Below, piece after piece: positions 40,561 to 49,330 of a stretch of DNA of 64,000 nucleotides (position 1 is its first letter; every line of letters begins with the position of its first letter). This DNA comes from an uncultured Nitrososphaerota archaeon. GTDB taxonomy: Archaea > Thermoproteota > Nitrososphaeria > Conexivisphaerales > DTJL01. The DNA lies in contig CAWJIE010000002.1 in assembly GCA_963842885.1 (NCBI GenBank), positions 64,001-128,000 of the forward strand, given 5' to 3'. A program made the position numbers and the translations under genes. Below the pieces are notes generated by a model. That model was not told the DNA's origin and did no database searches. It worked only from the letters and a program-made list of their open reading frames with translations.

Positions 40561-40626
40561 TTGCTGCTGGAAAAGAAATCAATATCATTCAGCCGCCCAC
40601 CCCAGACGTGGGCTTGGACCTGCGAA
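40561..40626 (-). repeat. Module D plus core repeat A (inverted)
   Basis: TTGCTGCTGGAAAAGAAATCAATATCAT (40561-40588); CGTGGGCTTGGACCTGCGAA (40607-40626). Confidence 0.92.
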
Positions 40627-40652
40627 GATGGGGTAAGGTTAGGAGCTCTGAG

Positions 40653-41141
40653 TTACGCGTGGGGTTTCGGGTCGCTGTTAAATGCCTCAGATACAGAAGT
40701 TGGACTGAGATGATTCACTCCGCCGTGGCCCTTGACTGGGGCTATGATCAGGACTCCGCTAGCGATAGCGAGGTAAGGTCCCGTCGCTGACCCAGGTGCC
40801 AGCGCGAAGCCCTGGATGTACATATCACAAAGCCACATGGCGACCGCCGCGAACACGATTCCTGCAGGGTACGCGGCCGAAAAATCGTAGTCCCTCAACA
40901 GCAAGAGGGTCAAGAGGAACGCGAGAGGGTACATGACAAGCACAATCGTGAGCAGATAATCTTGGGTGATCACTCCCCCGGTGTAATAACCGATGTCACC
41001 GCCCAAGACTAGGGAGTAGATGCCCCACAGCGACACGCCCGCTCTGTAATTGGTCGGGAGCCTGTTGGTGCTCACCCAGGGCAGGAACAGGGCGAGCAGA
41101 AGGAGTATCGTTCCGGCGATAACTATCCCCTTCCTGATCAA
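40653..41141 (-). CDS. Four-TM membrane protein
   Basis: LFLPW N-terminal helix, GPYLAI; four hydrophobic segments. Confidence 0.75.
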   Translation of the reverse strand: MIRKGIVIAGTILLLLALFLPWVSTNRLPTNYRAGVSLWGIYSLVLGGDIGYYTGGVITQDYLLTIVLVMYPLAFLLTLLLLRDYDFSAAYPAGIVFAAVAMWLCDMYIQGFALAPGSATGPYLAIASGVLIIAPVKGHGGVNHLSPTSVSEAFNSDPKPHA

Positions 41142-41285
41142 ATCCTGAGGTCACCGAAACGAGCATCCCTTTTATGGTTTTACGAAAAGTTGAGCTGGCA
41201 GGTTTCGGCACGCCTCCGATAGCCACGCGTACGGGCATCGACCTCGATCTCCAACGTCAAAGAGCTTGAACCAAAGACCCGTGGA

Positions 41286-41432
41286 CGTGGGCTTGGACCT
41301 GCGAATGGGAGCCACCGTAGGATGCCCTTGGATATCTGTCGCTGCTGGAAAAGAAATCAATATCATCGGCCTGACCGACGACGACTTCTCAATCGCTTAA
41401 TCATCTTTGTGTTATTGAGAACAATAGGTTAA
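41286..41432 (-). repeat. Core A (inverted) plus module D plus module B (inverted)
   Basis: Core 41286-41305; D 41328-41368; B 41402-41432 CATCTTTGTGTTATTGAGAACAATAGGTTAA. Confidence 0.92.
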
Positions 41433-41506
41433 TTGAACGAGGGCTGAAGACGGGACCTCGACCGTTCGGGAACCACTTATAGGCTGGCTCGAATATGTAA
41501 TCACTG

Positions 41507-42370
41507 ATGAACCACAAGGAGGAGCTGATGGTAGCCGCTGCACTCATTTTGACGGCTACAGCTTCCTTCCTGGTCGTCTGGGCGTATTATGGCCCAAGCA
41601 GCCACCCAGCGACCGGCATCTGTGGCGCTGGTATGGAAGTGAACATCAGCTCCACGAAGTATTGCGCCCTCGATGTAACGGCCGATTCAGAGATTCTCGT
41701 AGAGGGAGGCTACACTAGGCTGACGCATCCCGTCGTCTATATGGGAGTCAATTTCACGACGTCCTGCGGAAACGGTGAACGGTGTGGAAACATCGGGTGC
41801 CCACCGTCCAACACAACTTGCGTAGCGATGACTCTGGGCGCTATTAAACTGAACATGGTATTCTCCGACGGCACTAACGAGACTGTGAATGCGGTCATAG
41901 GCGACTCTATGCCAGGACCAACGCTGTCTCAGCATTCCAACCCGAGGGCGGGCTTCGAGATGGAGGGACCTTATACCTCTCCGAAGCTTCTTCTCCTGGT
42001 TCAGGAAACGGCGCCTTCAAGTGGGCAACCATCAGGAGTGCTCTACGACGTGACCTTCCAGCAGGACGGAGCGTGTTCTCCCGAAGTCTGGGTAGGTACT
42101 TGGTCCGTGACAGTCGGGAATCAGACCATAGTGCTACCGCAGGGCACGCCACTACCGCTGGACGACCATAGCTGGGCGAGCACGCAGAGCCAGAGCCTCT
42201 CTGCCATCACCTTCGCCCTCCCTGATGGGTCCTACACATATCAGGTTCATCCTTCGGACGGGTTCGGCGGCTTGCAGAACCCGGGTGTCGTGGAGGTCAG
42301 CGGAAGGAACGTCGTGATTCACATCTCTCCTGTGTTTTTGTGCACGACTACAGTGGCCGTGACTCCTTGA
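41507..42370 (+). CDS. Membrane-anchored Cys-rich extracytoplasmic protein with a thermopsin-C-terminal-like beta repeat
   Basis: N-terminal TM helix; YDVTFQQ.G....WSVTVG...ITFALPDGSYTYQV. Confidence 0.75.
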   Translation: MNHKEELMVAAALILTATASFLVVWAYYGPSSHPATGICGAGMEVNISSTKYCALDVTADSEILVEGGYTRLTHPVVYMGVNFTTSCGNGERCGNIGCPPSNTTCVAMTLGAIKLNMVFSDGTNETVNAVIGDSMPGPTLSQHSNPRAGFEMEGPYTSPKLLLLVQETAPSSGQPSGVLYDVTFQQDGACSPEVWVGTWSVTVGNQTIVLPQGTPLPLDDHSWASTQSQSLSAITFALPDGSYTYQVHPSDGFGGLQNPGVVEVSGRNVVIHISPVFLCTTTVAVTP

Positions 42371-42384
42371 GCCAATAATCAGGC

Positions 42385-42450
42385 CGTGGGCTTGGACCTG
42401 CGAAATGGGCTGGCTCGTTCATCTTTGTGTCATTGAAAACAATAGGTTAA
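42385..42450 (-). repeat. Core A plus module B (both inverted)
   Basis: CGTGGGCTTGGACCTGCGAAATGGGCTGGCTCGTTCATCTTTGTGTCATTGAAAACAATAGGTTAA. Confidence 0.93.
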
Positions 42451-42605
42451 TTGAATGGGGAAAGGGTCGACCAGCTGTCACGGAGTAGATTCCCAGGTGG
42501 CAACTGTTGGTCAAGTCAGAGCGGGAGATGGTACGCCTGCTGAGGACCCCTCCAAATTCAGCTCAGGCATCCACCCCGAGCAAGGGGACTAGCTGAGCGC
42601 GAGCA

Positions 42606-43880
42606 TCAACTGAGAGTGAAACGCGTCAAGTATGCGAGAACTAGAGCGCCGGCCGCGCAAAGGATGGCGGCGTACGTGAAGGCCACCGCAGGCGAAATCA
42701 GGGTCCAGAGCAGGCCGACGACGAAACTGGACGTGAAGTCGCCTATGCCGTTCACCGTCTGAAGGAGGCCGTAGCCCGTGCCGCGCACGTCCGAGGGAAG
42801 GAGGTCGGCGGCTGCCGCTCCCTCGACCGTGTCCGTGATGGCGTTGAAGAGGCCAGCCAGGGCGAACGTCGGAACGAGCAGCAGGAAGTCTCCCGTAAGG
42901 TAGGCCGCCAACACGGATGCCGCGGCCGAGATGATGTATCCGGCAGCGAGGACCCTCCTCCTCCCCACCCTGTCGCTGATGACACCGACGGGGACGCAAG
43001 CGGCCGCGTAGACGAGGTTCAGCAGGGTGTACAGGCCCACGGCGACGACACCGGCTGAGACTACCCCCATCCTCGGTGAGAGGACCTCCTGGGCCCTCAG
43101 CGTGAACAGGCTGTTGGCGAAGTTGCCCAAGCCGAAGACTCCCACCCCGAGCAGATAGAGCTTGAAGGGCCTCGGCAGTCCCTTCAGCGAGGCGATGAAG
43201 CCCTTGTCCTGCGTTCCGACGGGGCCGGACGGCACCCTCTTCGGCCTGTTCTTGATCTCCTTCACCAGCAGGAGGACTACAAGGAAAGCCATTAGCCCGG
43301 GCACGAACGATATGAAGAACACGTCTCTGTAGGAGAAGAACTGGATGAAGACCAGAGCCAACGCCGGACCCAGCGTGGCCCCAATGGTGTCCAAGGCTCT
43401 TTGGAAGCCGAAGGCCGTCCCTCGCACATCCGCCTCGACCGACTCGGAGAGAAGCGCGTCCCTGGGAGGCCCCCTGGCCCCTCTGCCCATCCACCCCAAG
43501 ACCCTTAGAACCAAGACCTGAGGCCACGTTATGGCAAGGCCTATCGCCGAGATCAACGCCCCGGTCACGGCATATCCCAGATTCATGACCGGCTTCCTCT
43601 TGCCGCTCCTGTCGCTCAGGTATCCGGAGAACGACTTGGTGAGGCTGGAGAACCCGTCAGAGGCACCCTCTATGAGGCCGAGCACACCAGGGCCGGCCCC
43701 CAGCTGGACCGTCAGGAAGAGCGGCAGGATGGCCGTGGCCATCTCGTGGCTCGCGTCGCTGAGGAGGCTTGTCAAGCTGATGTAGAACACGTTCTTTGTG
43801 AGCCAGCGTTTTCGCGACAGGAAGCCGTGAGGAGAGGACAACTCAATCAGTCCTCCGGTTCCGGGAGCCCGCATCTGCAC
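42606..43880 (-). CDS. MFS transporter (start probably somewhat downstream of the ORF start)
   Basis: SGYLSDRSGKRK, GRGARGPPRDALL, GVISDRVGRR; about 12 TM helices. Confidence 0.92.
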   Translation of the reverse strand: MQMRAPGTGGLIELSSPHGFLSRKRWLTKNVFYISLTSLLSDASHEMATAILPLFLTVQLGAGPGVLGLIEGASDGFSSLTKSFSGYLSDRSGKRKPVMNLGYAVTGALISAIGLAITWPQVLVLRVLGWMGRGARGPPRDALLSESVEADVRGTAFGFQRALDTIGATLGPALALVFIQFFSYRDVFFISFVPGLMAFLVVLLLVKEIKNRPKRVPSGPVGTQDKGFIASLKGLPRPFKLYLLGVGVFGLGNFANSLFTLRAQEVLSPRMGVVSAGVVAVGLYTLLNLVYAAACVPVGVISDRVGRRRVLAAGYIISAAASVLAAYLTGDFLLLVPTFALAGLFNAITDTVEGAAAADLLPSDVRGTGYGLLQTVNGIGDFTSSFVVGLLWTLISPAVAFTYAAILCAAGALVLAYLTRFTLS

Positions 43881-44403
43881 CTACGGGTCCTGATTTGTCT
43901 TGGAAGAGAACCACTGACCGCACGGGTTCAAGGTATTTCTTCACTAATTCATCATCCTTAGCTTCGGTGGTTGAGTCGGCTTGCGAAGATGAACCAAGCA
44001 GCTTTCTTAAGGTTTCGTTTTCCCTCTTGAAGGCGTTGAGCTTCATGGCCACGGTCTTGCATCCGTTGTACTTCGAGTAGTATTCAAACTTTAGAGAAGC
44101 CAGGGGAGAACCAATCCTGGCATGCCGCGCCCGCAGCTCCTGGAATCGCTCGTCAAAGGCGCTCACTCTTCAGAGGGAGCGTGGGGTTCCTTGCAGGGCT
44201 AGGGCTCATGTCTTACTACCTTCAAGACTGGTTGACCGTCGTGATGGTGGTGGTAGCAATATGCCCCGCCGCGTACCTGTAGTTAAAAGAATGAGATTTC
44301 TTCGGTTCCGTCAAGTCTGAGGGCTTCCCCACAAGCTGTCAAAAGTCGGTGTCAGGCGCGAAGGTGTATATCTGTCATCCCATGAATCGAAAGGTGAGAA
44401 GGC

Positions 44404-44652
44404 ATGAAAAGAAGGGCGGCTTGGTCATTGAGGGCTATTGTCATCGGAATTGGCAGCGCGTGGGTGGTTGTGGGGTTCCTATGGTTTGCTGCTACGGGCG
44501 CATTTTCCGGGCAACTGTCTACAGTCCCGATTGTCACTCCGATTCTCAGACCGGTCTCGATACTGATGATGCTCGTCGGTGCATTCGTCATAGCTATTGG
44601 ATTGCTGATGGCGCGAACATCTAAACCCGTCGTAACACGAAGTGGAGGGTGA
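44404..44652 (+). CDS. Small two-TM membrane protein
   Basis: MKRR plus two hydrophobic helices; stop codon 13 nt before core A. Confidence 0.6.
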   Translation: MKRRAAWSLRAIVIGIGSAWVVVGFLWFAATGAFSGQLSTVPIVTPILRPVSILMMLVGAFVIAIGLLMARTSKPVVTRSGG

Positions 44653-44664
44653 GAGAGCTCGAAA

Positions 44665-44735
44665 TGTGGGCTTGGACCTGCGAAATGGGCCGATTCAGGT
44701 TTAGGTTTGCCCAAGCTGTAGTTTAGGCAAACAGT
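44665..44735 (-). repeat. Core A plus module C (both inverted)
   Basis: TGTGGGCTTGGACCTGCGAA (44665-44684); TTAGGTTTGCCCAAGCTGTAGTTTAGGCAAACAGT (44701-44735). Confidence 0.9.
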
Positions 44736-44802
44736 AATTGCACCTTCAGAAGAGTGCGCGTCATGCAAAAGGCGTTTTAAGAGGGGTGGTCATCGTTGAC
44801 TA

Positions 44803-45414
44803 ATGAATCGACTGGCCTGGGGAGTCATTGCTTTGGGGACCGGCTTGGCGGGGTTCCTCGTGGTGGCTTTCGCTTCGCCTCTTTTCGTTACGCGGCGCAC
44901 GCAGGGAGGCGGAGGAATGATGGGCGGGTCCGGCATGAATGGGAACCTTGTTGGGATGATGACTTGGTGGTTCCAAGCCGGAAACGGAGCCTACTCATAT
45001 CCCTCGGGACTCTGGCTCCTCCCTGTCGCCCTCCTTCTGTTGATGGTGATTGGAATCATCATAGTGGGCTATCAGGCGATCCTACCCGAAATCAAGAGCC
45101 CACCCGCCTCAACCACACTCATATCACCGGCTCAGCCCGTTTCACTCCAGGCGAACCAGGCTCCTGCTGCCTCACTTGAAGCGGTGCTTCGGACTCTCAG
45201 ACCGGACGAGAGGAAGGTATTCGATGTCCTCCTGACGCATGACGGACGATACCTCCAGAAGCTCCTGAAATCCGAGACGGGCCTCAGTCGGCTCCAGGTT
45301 CATAGGGTGGTTTCACGCCTAGTTGAGAGGAACTTGATTACAATGAAGGCAGTAGGGAACACCAATGAGATATCAATAGCAGGCTGGGCGTTAGGGGATA
45401 AGAAAGAACCGTAG
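44803..45414 (+). CDS. Membrane-anchored winged-HTH regulator with a Met/Gly-rich external loop
   Basis: TM-GGMMGG-TM, then LRPDERKV....G..LQK.L..ETGLSRLQVHRVVSRL.ER.....GNTN.I. Confidence 0.85.
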   Translation: MNRLAWGVIALGTGLAGFLVVAFASPLFVTRRTQGGGGMMGGSGMNGNLVGMMTWWFQAGNGAYSYPSGLWLLPVALLLLMVIGIIIVGYQAILPEIKSPPASTTLISPAQPVSLQANQAPAASLEAVLRTLRPDERKVFDVLLTHDGRYLQKLLKSETGLSRLQVHRVVSRLVERNLITMKAVGNTNEISIAGWALGDKKEP

Positions 45415-45425
45415 AGGGGAAGGTT

Positions 45426-45752
45426 TCACGGCAGCGCCGTCTGGTTGAAGAAGCCCGCCATGGCGTTCCTGCACCACGTGAGCATGTCGCCGAAGTCCCA
45501 CGTTGAAGTGGCGTTGGAAGTGCCGCTGGGAGAAGCCCTCAAGCCCATCATCCCACCCATCATCCCTCTTCCCGTCTGAGATCCACCGCTCTGCCCACCT
45601 GCAGACGACCCCATCATCCCGCCCCTCTGATAGGAGGCGTTAGAGGAGGAAGTCGTCGTCTGGGCGAACGCGGCTACTCCGAATAGACCCGCCACTACAA
45701 GCAGGCCTGCTATCGCAAGCGCTTTCCAACTGTTGGTCATTTGATTAGACAC
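45426..45752 (-). CDS. Small secreted Met/Gly-rich (GMMG) protein
   Basis: Signal peptide; GGMMG and GMMGGMMG; MLTWC. Confidence 0.75.
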   Translation of the reverse strand: MSNQMTNSWKALAIAGLLVVAGLFGVAAFAQTTTSSSNASYQRGGMMGSSAGGQSGGSQTGRGMMGGMMGLRASPSGTSNATSTWDFGDMLTWCRNAMAGFFNQTALP

Positions 45753-45791
45753 CGGCTATTATGAGGCATCGCAAGGGGTATAACACTTGGC

Positions 45792-45849
45792 TGAAACGGT
45801 TCTCACTGTCAAGATGATACGTTCCTGATACGGTTCCTGAAACAGTTCA
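45792..45849. promoter_or_regulatory. Four ~12-bp direct repeats TGAWAC(R)GTTC upstream of the GMMG-gene TATA box
   Basis: Copies at 45792, 45815, 45826 and 45838; minus-strand TTATA at ~45779-45783. Confidence 0.6.
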
Positions 45850-45857
45850 TGCTTCGC

Positions 45858-46511
45858 CTACCCTGCGTACAGGACATAAATGCCCACAGCAGCGATTACG
45901 AAGCCCACGAGCGCGTAGTTATACTTCGGAGGAACCCTTGCGAATACCTCCGATAACCCCTTCGACCCCACCAGTACCAGTAGGGTCAGCGAAAGGATCG
46001 AACCGGCGGCGAATACTATGGCAGTGTCTATTGCTAGACCAAGTCCCATTGGTACGGCCAGCAGGAAGATGGGCAAGATGCTCAGGTCAGGCGAAAGGGC
46101 TCCCCCAAGGACCGCGAAGTATCCAACGCCCCTTCCACCTCTCCTCCCTATTCTAGCTCCCTCCTTCTCGGCCTCCTTCTGGTAGTCCTCCTTGTGATTG
46201 GAGACGATAGTCCACACTCCGTAGAATGCCCCAGCCAAGAGCATCACACCCCCTATGGCCGTAGTCAGGTATTCAGATACTGCTCGGGTGAACACTACTC
46301 CCAGAAGTACGACGGCGAATCCGAGCGCAACGGAAAGGACGACGTGACCAAAGGCAGTCACCAAGCTGACCGCCATAAGCCTGGACGTGCTCCACTTGGA
46401 AGTCTGAGCTAACATGCAGAGGGTAACCCAATGGTCAGGCGCTGACATGTGCAGCACGCCGACAAGGGCGGCTGCAGCCAGAAGCGGGAGTACTGCGACC
46501 AAGACAACCAT
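45858..46511 (-). CDS. Ni/Co transporter-like membrane protein (UreH/RcnA/NiCoT-like)
   Basis: LHMSAPDHW motif, GHVVLS; about six TM helices. Confidence 0.8.
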   Translation of the reverse strand: MVVLVAVLPLLAAAALVGVLHMSAPDHWVTLCMLAQTSKWSTSRLMAVSLVTAFGHVVLSVALGFAVVLLGVVFTRAVSEYLTTAIGGVMLLAGAFYGVWTIVSNHKEDYQKEAEKEGARIGRRGGRGVGYFAVLGGALSPDLSILPIFLLAVPMGLGLAIDTAIVFAAGSILSLTLLVLVGSKGLSEVFARVPPKYNYALVGFVIAAVGIYVLYAG

Positions 46512-46586
46512 CAGGGGAACGGGTTGACGCGAAACGGAAGACGGTTGCCCAAGTACTTTGCCCTACCAACGAAATAGGGTTCAGCG

Positions 46587-46606
46587 AGTGGGCTTGGACC
46601 TGCGAA
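46587..46606 (-). repeat. Core repeat A (inverted)
   Basis: AGTGGGCTTGGACCTGCGAA. Confidence 0.9.
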
Positions 46607-46645
46607 TGTGGCTGACCGAAAGGAGTTATGATGACCTTGAAACAG

Positions 46646-47818
46646 CTATCGCCGTCGCGGGATGAAAGCAAGGGTGAAGAGGGCTGCGAAGACCAGGAGG
46701 ACTCCAGCCAGAAGCCAGAAGCCGCCAACGTATCCTACCGACGTGGCGACCACGTATCCAGTCACGATGGGGCCGAGCGCCTGTCCGATGTCCATGATTG
46801 TGCCCAGGAAGCCCATCGCTGACCCCGAGGCCGAGTTATTCGAGATGTCAGAGACCAAAGCCGTTGTGGAGGATGTAGCCGTCGAGAAACCGAAGCCGTA
46901 GAGGAGGGAGGTCACCAGAAGGATGGGGAACGACGAAGTGAGAGGGATAACCAACAGGGGGAGCGAGGTCATCACCAGGCCTGCCGTTATGGGCCAGAAA
47001 CGACCGAAACGATCAGAGAGTCCGCCCATCACAGGCTTTGAGACGACGACCGTCACTATCGGCACCCCCGCGATTATTGTTATGGCCCCCACGCCCAGCC
47101 CCACCTGCTGCGCGTATGCCACCATGAAGAACTCGAAGGAGCCGTAGACGAAGTACTGCGCCCCTTCGACCGAGCTGGCCACTAGGACGTGAAGATCTCC
47201 CGCTAGGGAGCGCAGCTGGGGCCCCAAGCTGCGTCGCGGGGCGGTTGCGATGACGTCCGTCTCCCGCCAGAAGACCGCGAAGATGGCCACAAGCGTTGCC
47301 ACGCCCGCAGCGCCCACGACCAAGTACACATCGTGGTAGTCGCTGTTCGTCAGGAGGAGGATTCCCCCTCCGAGGAAGGGCGCCAGGCTCCTCCCGACGA
47401 GGGTCGACGACGAGAAGAGAGAGAGCCTCTCCGCCTTGCGCTGGGGATACCGATCCACGATCACGGCGTTCGCCACAGGGACGAAAATCGCCGTGGCGAA
47501 GCCGTGGTAGAACCTCACTATGATGAGCTCCAGAGGCGTCGTCACCAAGAAGTAGAGGAAGGGCGCCGTGGCGAAGACGATGGCGGAGAACCACATCAAC
47601 TTCCTGCTCCCTATGAGGTCGGAAAGGGAGCCCGCGGGGAGGCTCACGAGGATTCCAGGGATGGTGGACGCCGCCGCGATGAAACCCAGCATTGCTCCTT
47701 GGGCACCTAGGCTTTCAGAGAGCAACGGCAGGATGGGGTTCTTGGACATCGTCGAGCTGAGTATGGCTAGGCAACCCGCCACGCAGAAGGCGTAAAAGAA
47801 CTTGGCGTCGGCCTTCAA
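46646..47818 (-). CDS. MFS transporter
   Basis: GSLSDLIGSRK, GGLSDRFGR; about 12 TM helices. Confidence 0.93.
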   Translation of the reverse strand: MKADAKFFYAFCVAGCLAILSSTMSKNPILPLLSESLGAQGAMLGFIAAASTIPGILVSLPAGSLSDLIGSRKLMWFSAIVFATAPFLYFLVTTPLELIIVRFYHGFATAIFVPVANAVIVDRYPQRKAERLSLFSSSTLVGRSLAPFLGGGILLLTNSDYHDVYLVVGAAGVATLVAIFAVFWRETDVIATAPRRSLGPQLRSLAGDLHVLVASSVEGAQYFVYGSFEFFMVAYAQQVGLGVGAITIIAGVPIVTVVVSKPVMGGLSDRFGRFWPITAGLVMTSLPLLVIPLTSSFPILLVTSLLYGFGFSTATSSTTALVSDISNNSASGSAMGFLGTIMDIGQALGPIVTGYVVATSVGYVGGFWLLAGVLLVFAALFTLAFIPRRR

Positions 47819-48264
47819 TTCGACGCATCCCGCTGCGCGGCCTCTGCGGTCAACTGGGCGTACAACGAGTCGAAGACCCTAAGCGCAGCGGCCACCGTCT
47901 CCTGGTCGGACTTCGATGTCCTGGCGATGCCTCTGACCACCTTGAAGACCCCCGCCGTCTCCCTGAAGCTAGTCCTCGCCGCGTCCTCCCCCGCGTCCAC
48001 TTCGTAGTCGTGTATGATCGCCCCAATCCTCAGGGCCGTGGGGTCCGTCACATGATGCTTGGCCACCAAGGCATCGTACGCTGTGGAGACCCCCTCCACG
48101 GGGTTCACCTCCGCCCCAGGGAGCACGAACGGGATCGAGCCGCTGGGCGGGACCTCGTCCCTGTTCACGAACGCGAAGGTGGCGTCAGGATCGATGAACA
48201 TCTTGATGAGCCAGGCGGAGGCGCACCTGTCCAGGTGCGGCTCGTGGCGCGTTGCCCAAAGCAA
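47815..48264 (-). CDS. ChrB C-terminal-domain (chromate resistance, ChrF-like) protein
   Basis: WATR..PHLDRCASAWLI..FIDPDATF.FV. Confidence 0.85.
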   Translation of the reverse strand: MLWATRHEPHLDRCASAWLIKMFIDPDATFAFVNRDEVPPSGSIPFVLPGAEVNPVEGVSTAYDALVAKHHVTDPTALRIGAIIHDYEVDAGEDAARTSFRETAGVFKVVRGIARTSKSDQETVAAALRVFDSLYAQLTAEAAQRDASN

Positions 48265-48267
48265 CGG

Positions 48268-48699
48268 CTACACCTTCGCCGCTTTCGCCTTGAAGAACGC
48301 GTAGAGCGCATCGTATACGTAGAACTGCTTCGCCATGTTGTCGAAGTCGTCCTTGGTGATGGCCCTGAAGCCCTCCGCTATCGAGTTAAGGCCTGGTGAT
48401 TCTGGCGTGAGGTTCCTGTTGGCCGTGTCGGCCCCCCGCACGACCTTGGCGAGCTCTAGGACGGCTGGGTCCTTGACCGCGTACTTCTGAACAATCGCGT
48501 CGAAGCTGCACTGGTCTCCGTGATGCCCCAGCTCCACTCCGCTGGCGTCGTAGGGGATTGCCCCCTCACTCTTTGCCACTTCGAGGACCCTGTCGGCGGG
48601 GACGAAAAGGAACTCCGCGTCATGGTCCACGAAGTTCTTGATCAGCCAAGGGCACGCTATTCGGTCAACCTTCGCCTTCTCTCTTGTTACCCATTTCAA
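48268..48699 (-). CDS. ChrB C-terminal-domain (ChrF-like) protein
   Basis: MKWVTRE..KVDRIACPWLI..FVD..AEFLFV, H.G..CSFD, VRGAD, YDALY; TTG start. Confidence 0.9.
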   Translation of the reverse strand: MKWVTREKAKVDRIACPWLIKNFVDHDAEFLFVPADRVLEVAKSEGAIPYDASGVELGHHGDQCSFDAIVQKYAVKDPAVLELAKVVRGADTANRNLTPESPGLNSIAEGFRAITKDDFDNMAKQFYVYDALYAFFKAKAAKV

Positions 48700-49330
48700 G
48701 AACAGCACCAGCCTTGCCAGTAGGGCCTCTGGTATTTGACCACTGCCCCCCATCATCGCCCTCCCTGCAAGCAGGAGATCTGATTACAGCACCAATGTAT
48801 AGTCCCAGAAGCGAGTCCGCACCGTTGGGGATTCGCCCCTAGATGGATACCAGTCCTGTCCGAGAAAGGATTCCTGCACTGCGAGAAATCCAGAGGATTG
48901 GCCCATCAAGGCGTGTGTATATAATCCAACACGATAGTAGATGGATTGCGAAGAACAAGGAAGAATATGGTCAAGAATAGGAGAATTTCATGGGCCCGAA
49001 GGGACGAGGACTCGTATGGGTTCGCAAATTGGACTCTTTAGTGCATGACGCAGCGGGTCCGGGAGGATTAGGGGCCGAATAGGTTTTGAAGGAGGATTCC
49101 GAATCTGGTGAGACGGCCAGGGCGCCCACCGCCATCGCAGACCTCCTGGGGAATCGGCGGCGGACACAGGTTTGTCGAAACTGTCCGAATGCAGACGGGG
49201 AAGGGACCTGACGTCCTGAGATAGTAGCCCTTTGTCCGAGAGGCTATCGGGGCAAGATGGAATCGCCATTTAGGAATCCGGCAGCCATGCCAAGTGTCAG
49301 GCACGCTGCTAAGAGGGGGACACACATTTC

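Noticed and set aside
43843-44166. 107-aa ORF upstream of the MFS gene
   Set aside because: No recognisable motif; it may be a gene remnant but cannot be supported.
29888-46606. Core repeat A as a CRISPR array
   Set aside because: Spacing is 0.6-4 kb with whole genes between copies, the orientation flips, and no cas genes are present.
29888-46606. Core A or module D as origin recognition boxes
   Set aside because: Only a GAAA fragment resembles an ORB; copies are spread over more than 16 kb, with no cdc6/orc1 gene or AT-rich unwinding element.
29888-46606. Classical integron attC sites
   Set aside because: No RYYYAAC...GTTRRRY inverted ends or long hairpin seen, cargo genes lie on both strands, and there is no intI.
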